The position numbers and the translations under genes are program-made. Shown one piece after another: positions 1 to 13,329 of a DNA stretch of 64,000 nucleotides. How positions within the stretch are numbered: position 1 is the stretch's first letter; every line of letters begins with the position of its first letter. The notes under the pieces were generated by a model. It had not been told where the DNA came from and did no database searches. It saw nothing but the letters and a program-made list of their open reading frames with translations. Source of the DNA: Marsupella aquatica. Its lineage: Eukaryota; Plantae; Marchantiophyta. The stretch lies in the NCBI GenBank assembly GCA_973895155.1, contig OZ316898.1, forward strand, positions 3,844,480 to 3,908,479, given 5' to 3'.

Positions 1-1269
1 GGGTCAACACGGTAGTGATGGCAGCGTACGTGGGTGATTGCATGTTCTTTGACAGTTATTGTTGGTAGCAACACTCCGACTAGCTCCAGTTCAAGTTCAA
101 CACTGTTATGCAGCTTCTAGGCATAGAGCATATAGATGCATTATAGGGATGGAGTTGGTTGTGGACAATCTTCCAGTGCTTCTAAGGTTTTTCATTTTGC
201 AATACTTGTAGCTCAAATTTTGCCTCAATGCAAGCAAAAATGCATTTTAAAACTTAGTTACCAAATCAGCTTACATGATAAAGGGGATAGGGACGAGTTT
301 TAAATGAGCAGGCCATGCTTGCATTCAACCTCAACTCAATGGGACAACTTATGTTTGAGCAGACTGTGTTCAGATTTTGAAGCATTTTGTAAATAAAAAG
401 ACTGGAATGGTGGAATTCAATTTATATACTTTGTTCCAGTACATTTGAGGGCGTTCGGTTTGACTTGTTTGTCAATCTTCCTTGTTGCCTACATATTAAA
501 ATGTATGCCCCTGCCCTTTTAAATACCACAAATGTACCACCAGATCATTTCTCAACATGAAATGACTCTCATTTGTCTTCAATTACCAGGGTTGCATTCA
601 AGTATCCCCTTTGTCATGAACAGGCAGTCGTCTAGGGGGCGGTCTAGGGCAGATAGGAGCTTGCCAAGAATTTTACTCCTGCAGATGGGGCATCTGTGGA
701 ACCGTTTGTTGGTTGACGTATCTGCAAAGGACACGAGGTACAATTAACTCGTTGCGCCACTGTTTGAAGTGGTCGGTCATTCAAAATTTATAGTTTTCTG
801 TGGCAAGTGAGATAACTCAAATATGCATAGCAAAGATAAGCTAAGAGGACAAATAAAAATAAAACCAGGGCACAAAATGAAGGGAGAAGAATCCTTCTTG
901 ACATTCCTCATCAATTTAGCAACTACAGTACTTACTTTTGATGTCCTCATTGTACTTGCAAGTACACTCTTTATCCCATCCCTCCCTAGCCATTGTCTTA
1001 TTTGTATTGACCCCTAGCCATTGTCTTATTTGCATTGACCCTTGCCTCAATGTACTCCTCATGTGCATGCAATGCAAGGACTAAGGAGAGTGTACACACC
1101 CACTCCCCCTGTTACTCATATAGAATCTTTTTATGAAAACAAATATACTTGGAAAAATTAAATATCTATTTGGATGAGAGAACAAGCTAGGGGTTGGGGG
1201 CCAAACTACTCTTGGGTGGGTGAGAGGGTTTAGGATATTTGACAACATTCTCCCACAATAAAGGATTGC

Positions 1270-1638
1270 GTCATTTTTTGGGCAACATAACATCTTTGCT
1301 CTTAATTACATTTTTTTTGACAATATCTTGGGTGACACAACATCTTTTTCTTTGCGACATCTTGGGTGCCATGACATTTTTTTTCTTAACAACATCTTGG
1401 TCGACACTGTAACATCTTTATCTTAACAACATCTTGGGCAATACAACATTTTTATCTTAACAGCATCTGACTTGGGGCCACACAACATCTTTTCTTTAAG
1501 GACATCTTGGGTGACATGACATATTTTTTCTTGACAACATCTTGGGCAAAACAACATTTTTTTTCTTAATGGCATCTTGGGTGACACATGACATCTTTTT
1601 TTCAAGTCATCTTGTGCAAGGCATGGGTATTGATGTAG
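1270..1638 (+). mobile_element. Non-autonomous Helitron-like element fragment with ~33-bp degenerate minisatellite (copy 1)
   Basis: About 10 degenerate units resembling AACAACATCTTGGGTGACACAACATCTTTTTTCTT. They end in tgtgcaaggcatgggtattgatGTAG-t, a decayed version of the hairpin+CTAG-T end seen at 26119-26145 and 26994-27020. 5' end not defined. Confidence 0.5.
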
Positions 1639-4600
1639 TCCCACACTAATAAAACAGGAGGGTTGAGTAATCATATCCAGGCATTTTAACTATAGGACGC
1701 AAATTGATGTGATTGAGAGGAGGGGTAAAATCTAGGGTCTCGGAGAAACCCTTTGGGACATCTCAATGTTATAGTTTCATTTGAGCCATAGCATCAGACT
1801 GCAAAGATGCATTTTTAACAGTTTCAAGAAACATGATTAATTCATTTTTTGGACTGAAAATTGCCAGAAGCATGTCTTGGAAAACCCATCATTTGTATCA
1901 GATCAATTTTTACTATGTCCCAAATACTCTTCCTAGGCCAAACTTTAATAAAAGACATGCTCTCAACACTTATCATGTTACATCCAAGAACAAAGATTTA
2001 ACAAAGCCTCTGATGGCCATTGATTTCCATCTTTGACTCAAACTCACTCCTGTCCACAATTGGCCCAAGCTCTCAAGGTTTAGAGCATACATTTAGAAGA
2101 CCATCCTCAAGGGAAGCTTTCCTTAAGTTTTCACAATTTAGACCTAGCGTGACCTATCTTCCTCTCCTACCAACCAAGCTACCCAAATAACAAAACTAAC
2201 TACCAATGACTTTGTTCTAAAGTAAAATCGATGGACTGAATTGCGAGACAAAAAAGTAGCCAGAGCATAGGACTTCCAACCTTTCCCGCAGCTAGCTGGA
2301 TGACTGGGATGAATCTCGAGCCCTGTCACGTGATCCCCCATTCTCAGCAAGACTATAATAAGCCTGGATAGGGCCCGTTACCCCACCAACAAGAAAGAGT
2401 TGTAGAGCTGTATGCTGTCCTTCTGCATGTAATTGAAAAGATTTTCAAGGCAACAGAGCTGTAGAATTCATTGCTGCCGAGACACCATCTGTGCAACTGG
2501 GGCTGCTATGACGGTTGGCTCACGAACTGCTCCAGAGGTCGTTTCGCTGTAATCACCAAAATCGAAGCCACAGAGGCACAAATTGCACGAGCAACAGAAG
2601 CGAACCGGTACCGTAGGAGCAGGAGTCCAGCTCTTCGTGCTGTAGAAGCACAGAAGTTGATGGTGAATGACACCAGGCGCACTCGCGTAAGACAGACCCG
2701 GTATTGTGCACTCACACACATCTTTGCTGATAGCAAATCCGGCCGTGAAGAAGAGAACAAAAGCATGAGCGAAAAAGCCGTGCTCGTAACATTCTTTCCC
2801 GTCGCAACAAAGACACATGATTACAACACAGTAACAAGTCTAGAAGATGGTCGTACAGACCGTGGCTGAAAATCTCCAAATCTACTAAATGTCTCTAAGA
2901 AAACTGACTAATAGAAAATGAACCAATGCCGAAGAAGCAGCTTGATTTCGCTGCGCCAATGTCATCACAGTCACTGCGGATGAGTTATAAGACCACTGAG
3001 TGAACGAAATCAAGAGCACAACTTGGAAAGGCCGTGTCCTTAGCTGTGTCCACAAAACTTTGAGGACAATTAGTCCTGATTAACGCCTCCCAGAGTGGTG
3101 TGAGGTGCCCACAGATATACCTTGCAACGCTGCCTGAGTTCCGAGTTCATCCACGTCGCGCAGTCTCAGCTATCAATACAAGGTTAGACCCTGAATTCAA
3201 TAGCCCGAGAACCGAATCCTTGGTCCACTGAGACGTTCTGCAGCAAGATTGATCCAATGTCCATGCTCCCACAATTCATCCGATTTCCTACATCCTGCTC
3301 GATTCGGGCCCTTGTTAGACTCCATATCTGTCTCAGAAGATTTCCGTCCTTTCGAACCCGTCGATTTCTCTCTTCGGATGGATGTTCACATATATTAACC
3401 CTCCAGGATCTCCGCTATACCTCGATCAACCCCGTGAGAAATTTCTATCCTGGAGTGAAGTTATACACAGTCGAAGAACAGCTGACAGTTTCTGGTGTGA
3501 TTCCAATCACTAGTCACATAACCGATAAATGAGAAAATTCAATGACTTGACCTTCCTGGCCGCTTCAGCTCGGGCATGAATTCTCCATCCTAAGAGTTCC
3601 AAAGATCGCATAGATTCAACGATTCAAATCCCGAATGACCAGAATTGCTCCTCGACATGTGCTATGTCAGAAGTTACTTTTTAAGATCTGTCGTTGGTCG
3701 ATATTGTTCTGTATCGACCTACAGAGAGCTCGAGACTAACCAATTCGCCCAATCTATATACAGAGTTGAGAGCTTAAGATATAGTAAGAGTTTTCTTGTC
3801 ACTCTTGCAGTCTACTGTGGACCCACGATGACCGATGTGGAGACCTACTTTGATGCCTTCCAAATCGGTTGTACAACTGATTATTCTCTATGGATGGAGC
3901 CCGCCGATGGCACAGAAGTGAACAGGGGCAACAACAGTACAGTGCATAATTTATTGCTTCAAGTCCGTAACGTATTGCAGCCGTATCCTTCATTATGCAA
4001 TTGATCCTTACGTTACGGTACACCGTCTGCTCTAAAGCGCTGGTCTGTAATGTAGTGCGGTACAGCCATTTGTTTTCCATTTTCGAGAGTAATGTTAGTT
4101 TTTGTAGCTTCTGAACAACCATATTCTCTTCTTTCAGCTGACTGAACGTTCGAGGTGACACGTTCGACACAGTTCCAAATCATCACAGAGATGCAGTCTG
4201 CAAATATGCAATTCAGAGCGAACCACTCGCTGTAGATCGCGATCAGATAACTTTCTATTTCTATCATTTCTCATTATGTATTCTGGCAGAGCCTCGGAGG
4301 TATAGATTCCTGTGGATGCTCATTTAAATAATCAATTTTGATGGAGCAACAACAATCGACCGTATAACTCGTAGTTTGAGTATAGCATGTACTTCAAAGC
4401 ATCGGAGTCACTAATCTGTCATGTGCATGAAATGGATCGGAAACAAAACCAATTCAAGTTCTCTCCCGGGTACGGTGGGCTGTCCTAATTGACTCAGAGT
4501 GATCTACGGTCAAAAGGTATAGAGTAGCGATTCGCATCTGGACTTTACGAAACAGGCAGTTGGAGGAGGATCAGGATCAGGGCCGCAGAGTCAAATCATG

Positions 4601-7600
4601 GCAGACAAGTGGGCACTCGGAAAATTTATTGGAATCAATTGAGGGCGGCAGGGTCCACAACGACAAAAAGCAGTGGTGCTAAAGAACCAGTGCCTGCGGA
4701 AAGAAACCGAAAGCAAAAAGTTTCAAAGGAGAGGCTAACAACATTATGTGAATGAGGCACAAAGCCAGCACAGAAGGATGGAGGCGAAATTTAAACTAGA
4801 GAAGCCAGGGTACAACGCGTGGCTTGGCGATATGAAAAGTTAGTCTTCGCGAATTCACCACCGCGTTCATGCGATTCTCTCTCGCGCAAAAAGCTCCCAA
4901 TTGAAAGGTTCCCAAGACATAGATCATTGCCCGGGGAAAGCAGAGCCTCACCATTTGTTTGTCCAACTTGGGGACTGGACGACAACAACCGCTCGATGTG
5001 GCGGACACCCGGAGGTAAGTACGGACCTCAGAATTCGAGTCGAATTTTCTCATGATCACAGGAAGAAGTATCAACCGGTCTTTTGAGTCACTTTGTGTAC
5101 ATTGATAGTACGGTGCGCGTTTCTAGGATCTCTGATTGTCTGAAGAGCAGGGACTGCAGGGTCCAACTCATCAGTCCGCTTTGTAGTTGGATGAATGCAT
5201 GAGATGCACGAGCTTGGCATAATGCAGCTGGTTGTTGTGACATTGGCGTCATGTATGTAAGTTGGAGATTTGTGATAGAGGTCTCTGGGTAGACTTGAAG
5301 CGGGAGACGGTTTGCAAGCTTTGATCTATCAGCTAACTCTATGAGGATTACATGTGAATTATATTGTGAGATACATTTTTTATGAGCAAACGGACGGTGT
5401 AAGCGAAGATTTCTAATTTATGATATCCTAAGAGCTCATCATCAATACTTCAGCAACAACGACGTATTTCTGAACTCGGATGTACTCGCGGCCTGTTCAA
5501 AAGATCAAGCGTGCTGCAAACCGTCCTGAGAAAAGCCCCTGCGAAAAACAGGGAAACAAATCACTTAGGCAAGGGATTTGTCTCCCGGTTGGGAGCTCTC
5601 TGTTTTTTGGCAGTTTGATTTATATTTTTGGTGCAACTCAAATGGAAGCATGGCGTTAGTGTCATTGTTTTAACAATTTCTTTCTTCTCCAGTGATCTGC
5701 TGAATTGGAGGACCGTAGGAAAGAACACCTGGGAGTGGTGAGCACAGGTTATCGGGTGTACGTAAGCTGTTGCTTTCCTTACATGAAAGGTGTAAATCCC
5801 GGTCCGGACATGTCGACAAAGCAAAAACAAGAAGAAAAAAACGAGCGAACAGTCTGATGTCAACCGCAAACACAGATCGAAGAGAGAAGAAACTGAACGC
5901 AGCCAGAGCCAGTTCGGGGTTACATGCCGAGTCTCAGCTACTTGTCATGTCCTAGCTTGCCAGCACGAGAGATTCAGGCAAAGGAAGCTGGTGAGGGTGA
6001 GCTGGCCATAGATATCCTTTGTATTCATAAGTAGAACAAGGTCATATTGATTTCTAGATTTCTTAATTTCTTACATGGTATCAGAATGTCAGTTCTCGTC
6101 TCGATTCTTTTCTGAGTTGAATAGTTGATTCTAGAGGAAAACCCTCTCCCAATTAGCCAACTGTTCACTTATGAAAACGGATCAAAGATTTTAAAAGATT
6201 CAAAATGAAAACCGAAGCTCTGATACGATGTCCTACGTACGTCGTCCCATATCATTTGAAAACTGTTGGGACGTCCATGCCACCCTCCTTGGATTCCCGT
6301 CATCCACTTATCAAGTTGATCAATGCACTGTCTAATGTCCCACAGACGAGACAGCAATCTCCGCACCAGGTACAAACTGTCCATCCGTGTGTTCCCGCTG
6401 CACCAACTTCCGTCGAGAGCCCTATCTCAGGTCTACAATATAGTACAAAAACTGAACTCTCTTGTTCCAACATGCCGGATATTGTTCATCCCGTTAACTC
6501 CATACAGTGAAGTGGTGAGGCGACGACGAGTCGGAGAAAATGAAGCTGGACATGAGCATCAAAACTGTGGACATGCTGACCCTACCCACACAGATCGACT
6601 GCGTATTGCACCCTAACTTATATCGAGGTCTGAAACCTAGCCAGGGCCCTAGGATGAAATTTCTCTTGATTCTGAGCGAAGTTGTGAGAGTGCTTTGAGG
6701 CTGCAGCCTTAAACGTGTCGGGAACCATGAATTTTTCCGATTCTGCCTGACTCGAAAGAACCAATTGTTGTCACCAATTGTTGAACCAGTAGTGGAGTGC
6801 ATCATATTTAGCCTTTCCCTCAAGCATTGAATACCAAAATGTCCAGATTTTGGATCGACGTAAATGCTGGCTGCTCGGTCTGGGACAATACGGGGCCCAA
6901 AACTCTAGATGTTGGGGGGGGAATGCCGGACAACTATTTCTTGTAAATCTGGGAAGTATTGTAGGTAAGCATGTCCAACAGTACTCTAACTGGGGTATTG
7001 ACTGACTACACTAACTAAAGTGCCAAAAGTCATGAGCCAAAAGCGAGGCCGAAGTTACTAAACGCTCTGGGGACTTCAGGGAGCGGATAAATTCTTGTAT
7101 TTGGGAGGCAATATGCGGTTTTCAGGTCCTACTGGGCTCCTTGTTGGGTTTTCAAGATTGTAATCTTATTGGGAGTCAAAAGATCTTGCAGGAACTAGGA
7201 TAACAGCTAGTTAACTTTGTCCATAAGTTCCTGAGGTTCAGTTCGTTTGAAGTACTGAGCAAACTTATACCCAAGTAAAAGTTACAACTTCAGGCCGGCT
7301 TCAGGCCCACTTCTTAGCCTCATCGCCTAATCCTCTAAATTATTCCATTGACTAAGCAAAGGGATCCACTAATTAACTAGGTCCATCCAACCTCTTACCC
7401 AAGACTTACCAGCCTTTCTTGTGCTAATTTTGTCACCTGGGCTGCAGAGAATCAAACATTGATAGAAGATTCTAAGAGAATTCCATCCAGTCACCACTCT
7501 CCATGGAGCTATTCTTTTATCCAAGATTGGGTTAACATATTCAGGCAATATCCTACTGCTCAGAATATTTCACGAAGGACTTTGTACGGCGAGTATGCTC

Positions 7601-8656
7601 AATCGCACTCCCCCAGTGCAAAGATCAAGTCCTACCTAAACTAACAAAAGATTGTCCCAAAGTTACTAATCAAAAGCCACCAAGATATTAATAAATGAGG
7701 GGAATGGTCAACCATTCTGGATGGCCGAGATTTGCCTCTCAAAAAAGGAATCCAGAAAAATCAAATAGTGAAGTTTGGGTGGTAATTGGAGGAACTGTGT
7801 ATCTGAGGAGTTGGTTGGAAATGAATGGTGCAAATCATTTTGAAGAAAGTCATTTCTGGGGAAGGTGTTATCTAGGGGATAAAAAAGGCAACTTCCTTGG
7901 GGGACTAGTGGCCATTTCGTTTGGTGATGGCATGGGGATGTGGTGGAGAGAAGGGGTTGCAAACAAGATCACTGGCATCCATGGGAATGCATTGGACAAA
8001 AGGGGGTGCAGATGATAGAGATCATTTAGACATGGACATTCCTGAGAAAAGGGGCTCCCAATATTTTCTGCTTATCTAGACATGGGCTCTATGGAATGTA
8101 GTGGAAAGGATTTAAGGGAATTTGGGCTGCAAATACTCCAAAAGGAGATGTCCCAAAATGGGCCTTATCCAAGCCACAAATCAAACACTCCTAATTAATA
8201 CAAAGATTTTTTTTATTAATGCCAGGTTTAATTAATGGGTGAGCATTGGTAGTAATGTTACACTGCTCCTCCAAGTTCGATGTCCTCTACTTGCAAGGGT
8301 GGGCAGGTGTGAACATGCTGCCGAGCTTTCAACAGTCCTTGTTGTCGGGCCCTGTATACTTTGGTAGACTTTGAGCATTGGCCACTTCAAAAATTCATAG
8401 TACTGGAGTTTGCTTGGCTGACGTAGTTCCAGATTTGATTTGTCCCTGTGACTGCACCAACTGAAATTACGGCTGTTTCTTTTCACAGATTTGATTGCCT
8501 TTCAGAATTTGATTCCATTGAACAGTATTTGCAGTTAAGATTTTGCAGAATTGCTGCCTTGAATGAAAGGTCCGGGTGCTTGTTAAGTATGTTGTGCTTC
8601 TGATGAGCCACCAGCAAGCTAGCCAGAAATCTGAGGGCTAGACTACGAATTGAAGT

Positions 8657-11600
8657 ATGGAACCACAACTGGTCTTGTTGCGCATTGCAACTCACTCTCA
8701 ATCCTCCTCAAATAGTTGCAATCCTCTCGACCATCTTCAAACAGTTGAGAGCAATCACTTCAGAGGCGTGGCAAAGTGGGACGTAAACCATCCTTACCAT
8801 TTGGCAATGTCGGAGAAAATGGGGGTTCTGCAAACATACACACTTGAGACTACAGAAGAAGGATCCAAGCCCTATCTTTATCCGTGTGGTTCTTTTCAAT
8901 TGCATCTTGATTTTGAGCCATCAGGATTTAATCAAGAATCTGAGGCTTTGCACAACATCAAAATCAACAAAACCAATAATAACGATGACGGAATTGCCAG
9001 CTTGTGTTTGGGAACTGGTAGGAAACACAAAGAGCGAGAAGCAAGAGCAAACCTAATTGAGCAGGCTTGGGGATCTTTTGAATTTATCCCAGGGCGCCCA
9101 AGAGAGATAATTTTTTTCCAAGATGGCTCTACCAGGATTTTGTTTGCAAGGTTGCCAGGAGGTTCTCCTAGAAGCCCAGAAATTGGAGAAAGAAGCATGG
9201 CAAGAATTGATTCAAGAAAAAGCAAGGTTTACTGCGTAGGAAGACACTCCTCAACTATATTGAGCATTGCGGTTAGAGGAGATGGATTGGCTTTAGTTTC
9301 TGCGGCCAGGGATGGCTATATCAGGATTTGGAGAATAAGTGATGGCTCCATGCTAGCTCAGACAATGTTCTCAAGATGGAGACAACCTCGTACTCCCAGA
9401 CATGGAAAGGGTACAAAATCACCATTTGGCAGGGATACTAGCGAAGTTCAGATAGATAAAATGTCATCTAGCATGCAGGTTCTCAGCTTTCTGAGCAATT
9501 CATCTGATCTTTACATGGGCTGTCCAAATGGAGAGGTAAGGATCTGGTCTCTGACAGAATGTGAAAACAACCGTTTGACAATTGCAGAAGTTGGGAACAG
9601 TACAGTGGGTAAGGATGTGATCTCCTCTCTTGCCTTATATGTCCCAAATAACAACTTCCCTGTACAGTGCAATGTTGGTGACAACCAAACTTGTTCTTTT
9701 AGTCCTAAGGCAGACACTGAATTCCTTGCAATAGGAACAATAAATCAGAATTTGCAAGTATGGACCAAACAGACAACAGCTAATGAGTGGCTCCCTTTAT
9801 GGAGCACTACGTTGTCAATTGAGGGGGCGGCAATTGGTTCCCTCAGTTTTCGAGCTGATGGCGGACTTCTGGCGGTCTCAGCCTCTAGGTCTAGACAATA
9901 TTTAGATTGTAATGAATCTCCCAATATTCGAACTGAGTCTTCATCTCGAAACCAGAAACAATCATCTGATCGTCTCTATATCTATAGCACATCTTCATGG
10001 GCTTGTGAAGGATGGCTGAGTTTTACCTCACATCTTGGCTCATGTTTGTTCTACTGCCCGGATTTTACAGTAGAAGATAAGAATGAACCAACAAGATCTG
10101 CAAGTCAAGTTAAGGTTTCGTCATGTAGATTGCTGCTTGTGTCTACTTCTAGCGGACCTCAAACACATATATTACCTGAATATGGTTTATTTGGCTCTAT
10201 CCATGATCAATCTGAGCAACATGAATTCACAAAACTGGATTGTGGAAAGGAAGCAAAGAACCTGCATAGCGGTGACCTGAAACGAGGAGTTCTACCACAA
10301 TGTTTCAATCAGGAGATCCAAAAATTTCCAGAAGTTTTGGGCGAGGGTGATGGTAGTGGTAGCTGTTACACTTCCTCACCCGTACCGATGAAGTTGGAAA
10401 TTGACAGAGAGACTGGTGAATGTTGTTCAGCACAGGACTTTGATACTGATGCAAAATCTTCCAAATGTAGTAAAGAAGGACCCACGCGAGAGCTGCCAGG
10501 TGAGCAGACTGGACTGCAAAGCCTTCGACAAGTTTTCTCTCAAAACCCCAAGTCTCAACATCAAAGTAATCCTCAAACAATCAAGACCAAAACACACCCA
10601 AGAAAATCTTCTTTTAAGGAGAAATCTTCAAATCAGCGAGGCCTTGAGGCAAGCCTGGTGCCTAGGGATCATGCAATCAAAAAACACAAATGCAAGAAAC
10701 ACTTGCCTGTAAAATTTTTGAAGCAAACTTATGAAAGTTGTGAGAAAGAACCTCTAATTTTAGGTTCCCAGAAACAACAGAATATTGCGTCAAGCTCAAA
10801 TTCTCTTTTCTCCTTGAACCCACTTCCTCCATCCTTGCCTCCACACAATGGACAAGACACAGGAACAGAGAATGGTTTTATGGAAGCGAATATTGCAAAA
10901 GTGGAAGAGTCGCATCTTAGGACAACGATGGATACAACCATAGTAGGCAAACAAAAGGTTGGGACACAAACAACACAAGCATTACCATGTCAGAGTGAGG
11001 AGACAGTCCTCAACCGTAGAGTAAAGAAAGAGGTTACTTTTACAAAAACTCCCGAGGTTATTCCCAGCCATAACGTGGGCAAAACCCCTAGCTTGGGGGC
11101 AACTCATTCACACTCAAGAAAGAAAGGAGAAAAAGGCTGTTTGGGGGGCATTTCAAGAACCAAGACAAAATCTTGGCACTCCAAAAAGGAAAATACCAAG
11201 ACACTTGATCAGGACAAGATCCTCAATCAACAGAGAACCGGAAAGGAACAGAGGCGTGATCTCATCAGCGGCACTCAATCTCGTCATAGAATATTAGGAG
11301 GAGAAGCCCTTCAAGAACTCTTGGTCATGAATGAAGAAATCTCACCATTCAAGGACAAGGTGCAAATGGGCGCCACCTTCCGTGCACCGTATCCTTTGCC
11401 AAAATCTCTTGTTGTCAAATCCACGATGGATTCTTCAAAAATCTCAGAGGAGGGGAAACCTGGACCTGGGCTCAACCGCCCAATAGCGTTCTCAACAGCG
11501 AGCTTGATGCAAAAGTTGCAAGATATAGAGCATGAAAAATTTGATCTTGATGCAGCAATTCAAGTGGCAAAGACAAAAGGCATTGTACTGAGCAAGTATG

Positions 11601-13329
11601 ATAGAGAGGAGATCAAGGCAGCTCTGGAAGAAGAGAGGAAAACAGGTTCCTCTAAGCGTGAGGCTGAATTGGAGGGGCGAAAACCTTCAGCTCGATACAT
11701 TCCACTTCTGAAGATCCCTGATCCTCGACTCTCATACAATGGTCCTTTTGTTGCTCCAAGGTAGGTACTGCACCCATAAGAGCACAAATTCATGGTCAAT
11801 TCTTTGAGCAATAGCAGCAAAACTGGTTACACAACAATTTTTTTTAAGCTTAAATCTTTGTCCGCCCATGAGCATGCTACGAAATTCGTGTAGTTGAAAG
11901 TTTGAGGATCAGTTTCTTGTCGAAAAGGTTTAATACTTGGATAGTATGTCAATTGTGCTACTGTCTAGGCTCAAAATGTGCTTAGTGCTTTTTATATATT
12001 TTAGCACTGAAAATGTCAAAGTATTCTAAAAGTACCACTGACAGTGTCTAATTAAGGTATTCTTGTGATTTATGATTTATGGAGGATGAATGAGTGATAA
12101 GAGCCTCAAATTTTGGAGAAGTTCAAATATAGGAGGGAGCATTTAGGGGGTCTGTTATTTTCTAGGGTTTTGCATTGTTTGTTGTTAGTCTATGACTAAT
12201 TGGTGGCATGTAGACCTCCAATAACAATATTTGCAGTTTTTACATCTTAGGCCATTTTAAAATTACATATGGATGTGATATGATGACTTAATCAGGTGGA
12301 TAGGACTGGCTAGCTAGAAGACTATACTTCATATTTCTACATGGTAAGAGCTTGCCATAATAAAGATAAATTTGCTCCACAATAACATATCTCAACATGC
12401 ATGTGCACACTATTTTATCCCTTTACGAGCTGAAATTGAGCGTTCTGTAGGAATACTCGTGCATACAAGCCTTGCTTGGATTTTTTGGGGGAAATCTGTT
12501 TAGGGTCCATATTTATTGTTTGTTTTCAAGAATTCCCACCCTTGAAGTCTTTGATGGTGAAAAGTAATCATAAGGCTTTTGATCCCATTCTCACACAGCA
12601 CCAGTTGGATAGTTTCTGCAGAAAAGTGAGGAAACAATCTGATGTCAAAGGAGAGGATATGCGCACTATTCAGCCTGGTTTGTTTGATCTTTGGGACTTA
12701 GACGAGCGATGCCCCCAGGTGTATATCATATATAAAACTCTACTCCATGAATACTGAGGTCGCTTTCAACCAGTTTATTGATCTCATGGTTAACATTGAA
12801 CTTTGTAGCTATAGGGAGATGGAATGATGAAGTATTGTATATTTGCTATTCTAGCATATTTATTTTGATCCCAACTGAGTAGCTCACTCCAAAATTGATT
12901 TCAGGGAGATTGATTTAGATCAAATTAAAGGTTTTTAAAAATGTGATGTGAATGAGATTGACATTTGATTGTATGGTTTGTATTCTGAGTTGGGAATTAG
13001 ACTAAAAGTGTAGGTCTTCTAAAGTGACAACTACAGTAGTCATGAAAGGAAGTCAGTAAGTAGTAAGTTGATTCAACTCATCCTTGATTTTTCAGGTATC
13101 TTCTGCAAATCTGGAACAACTAAATACTTTCAGTGTGACAAGTTGGAGAAGGGCCTTGGGAAACTTCTATGAAATCAATAAAAATTCAGTCTGGGTCCAA
13201 AGAGAGGATGTTTGTAGGGCTGCTACTTGCGCCCAAGCTGTTTATGACAATTGTCTATATAGGCCAAACCTAGAGCCTCAATGCCATTGCTATGAAGAAC
13301 AGGAAAGGTCAAACATTCATCTCACGTAG
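8657..13329 (+). CDS. WD40-repeat-containing protein with long low-complexity C-terminal half (~1201 aa, 3 exons)
   Basis: Exons 8657-11760 (AG|gtaggt), 12451-12718 (ctgtag|...CAG|gtgtat) and 13096-13329 (tttcag|) join in frame: 3606 nt. WD40-type repeats: GRHSSTILSIAVRGDGLALVSAARDGYIRIWR, LYMGCPNGEVRIWS, LAIGTINQNLQVWT, AIGSLSFRADGGLLAVS. Start codon and any upstream exons are unverified. Confidence 0.75.

Noticed and set aside
2400-6900. Many short overlapping ORFs and some exon-like segments in CpG-retaining DNA
   Set aside because: No recognisable domain, and I could not assemble a consistent spliced frame. It may be a decayed pseudogene or lncRNA but is unsupported.
10305-11820. Short antisense and alternate-frame ORFs within the WD40 exon (likewise within KUP, pol and PDI exons)
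   Set aside because: Shadow ORFs of real coding sequence.
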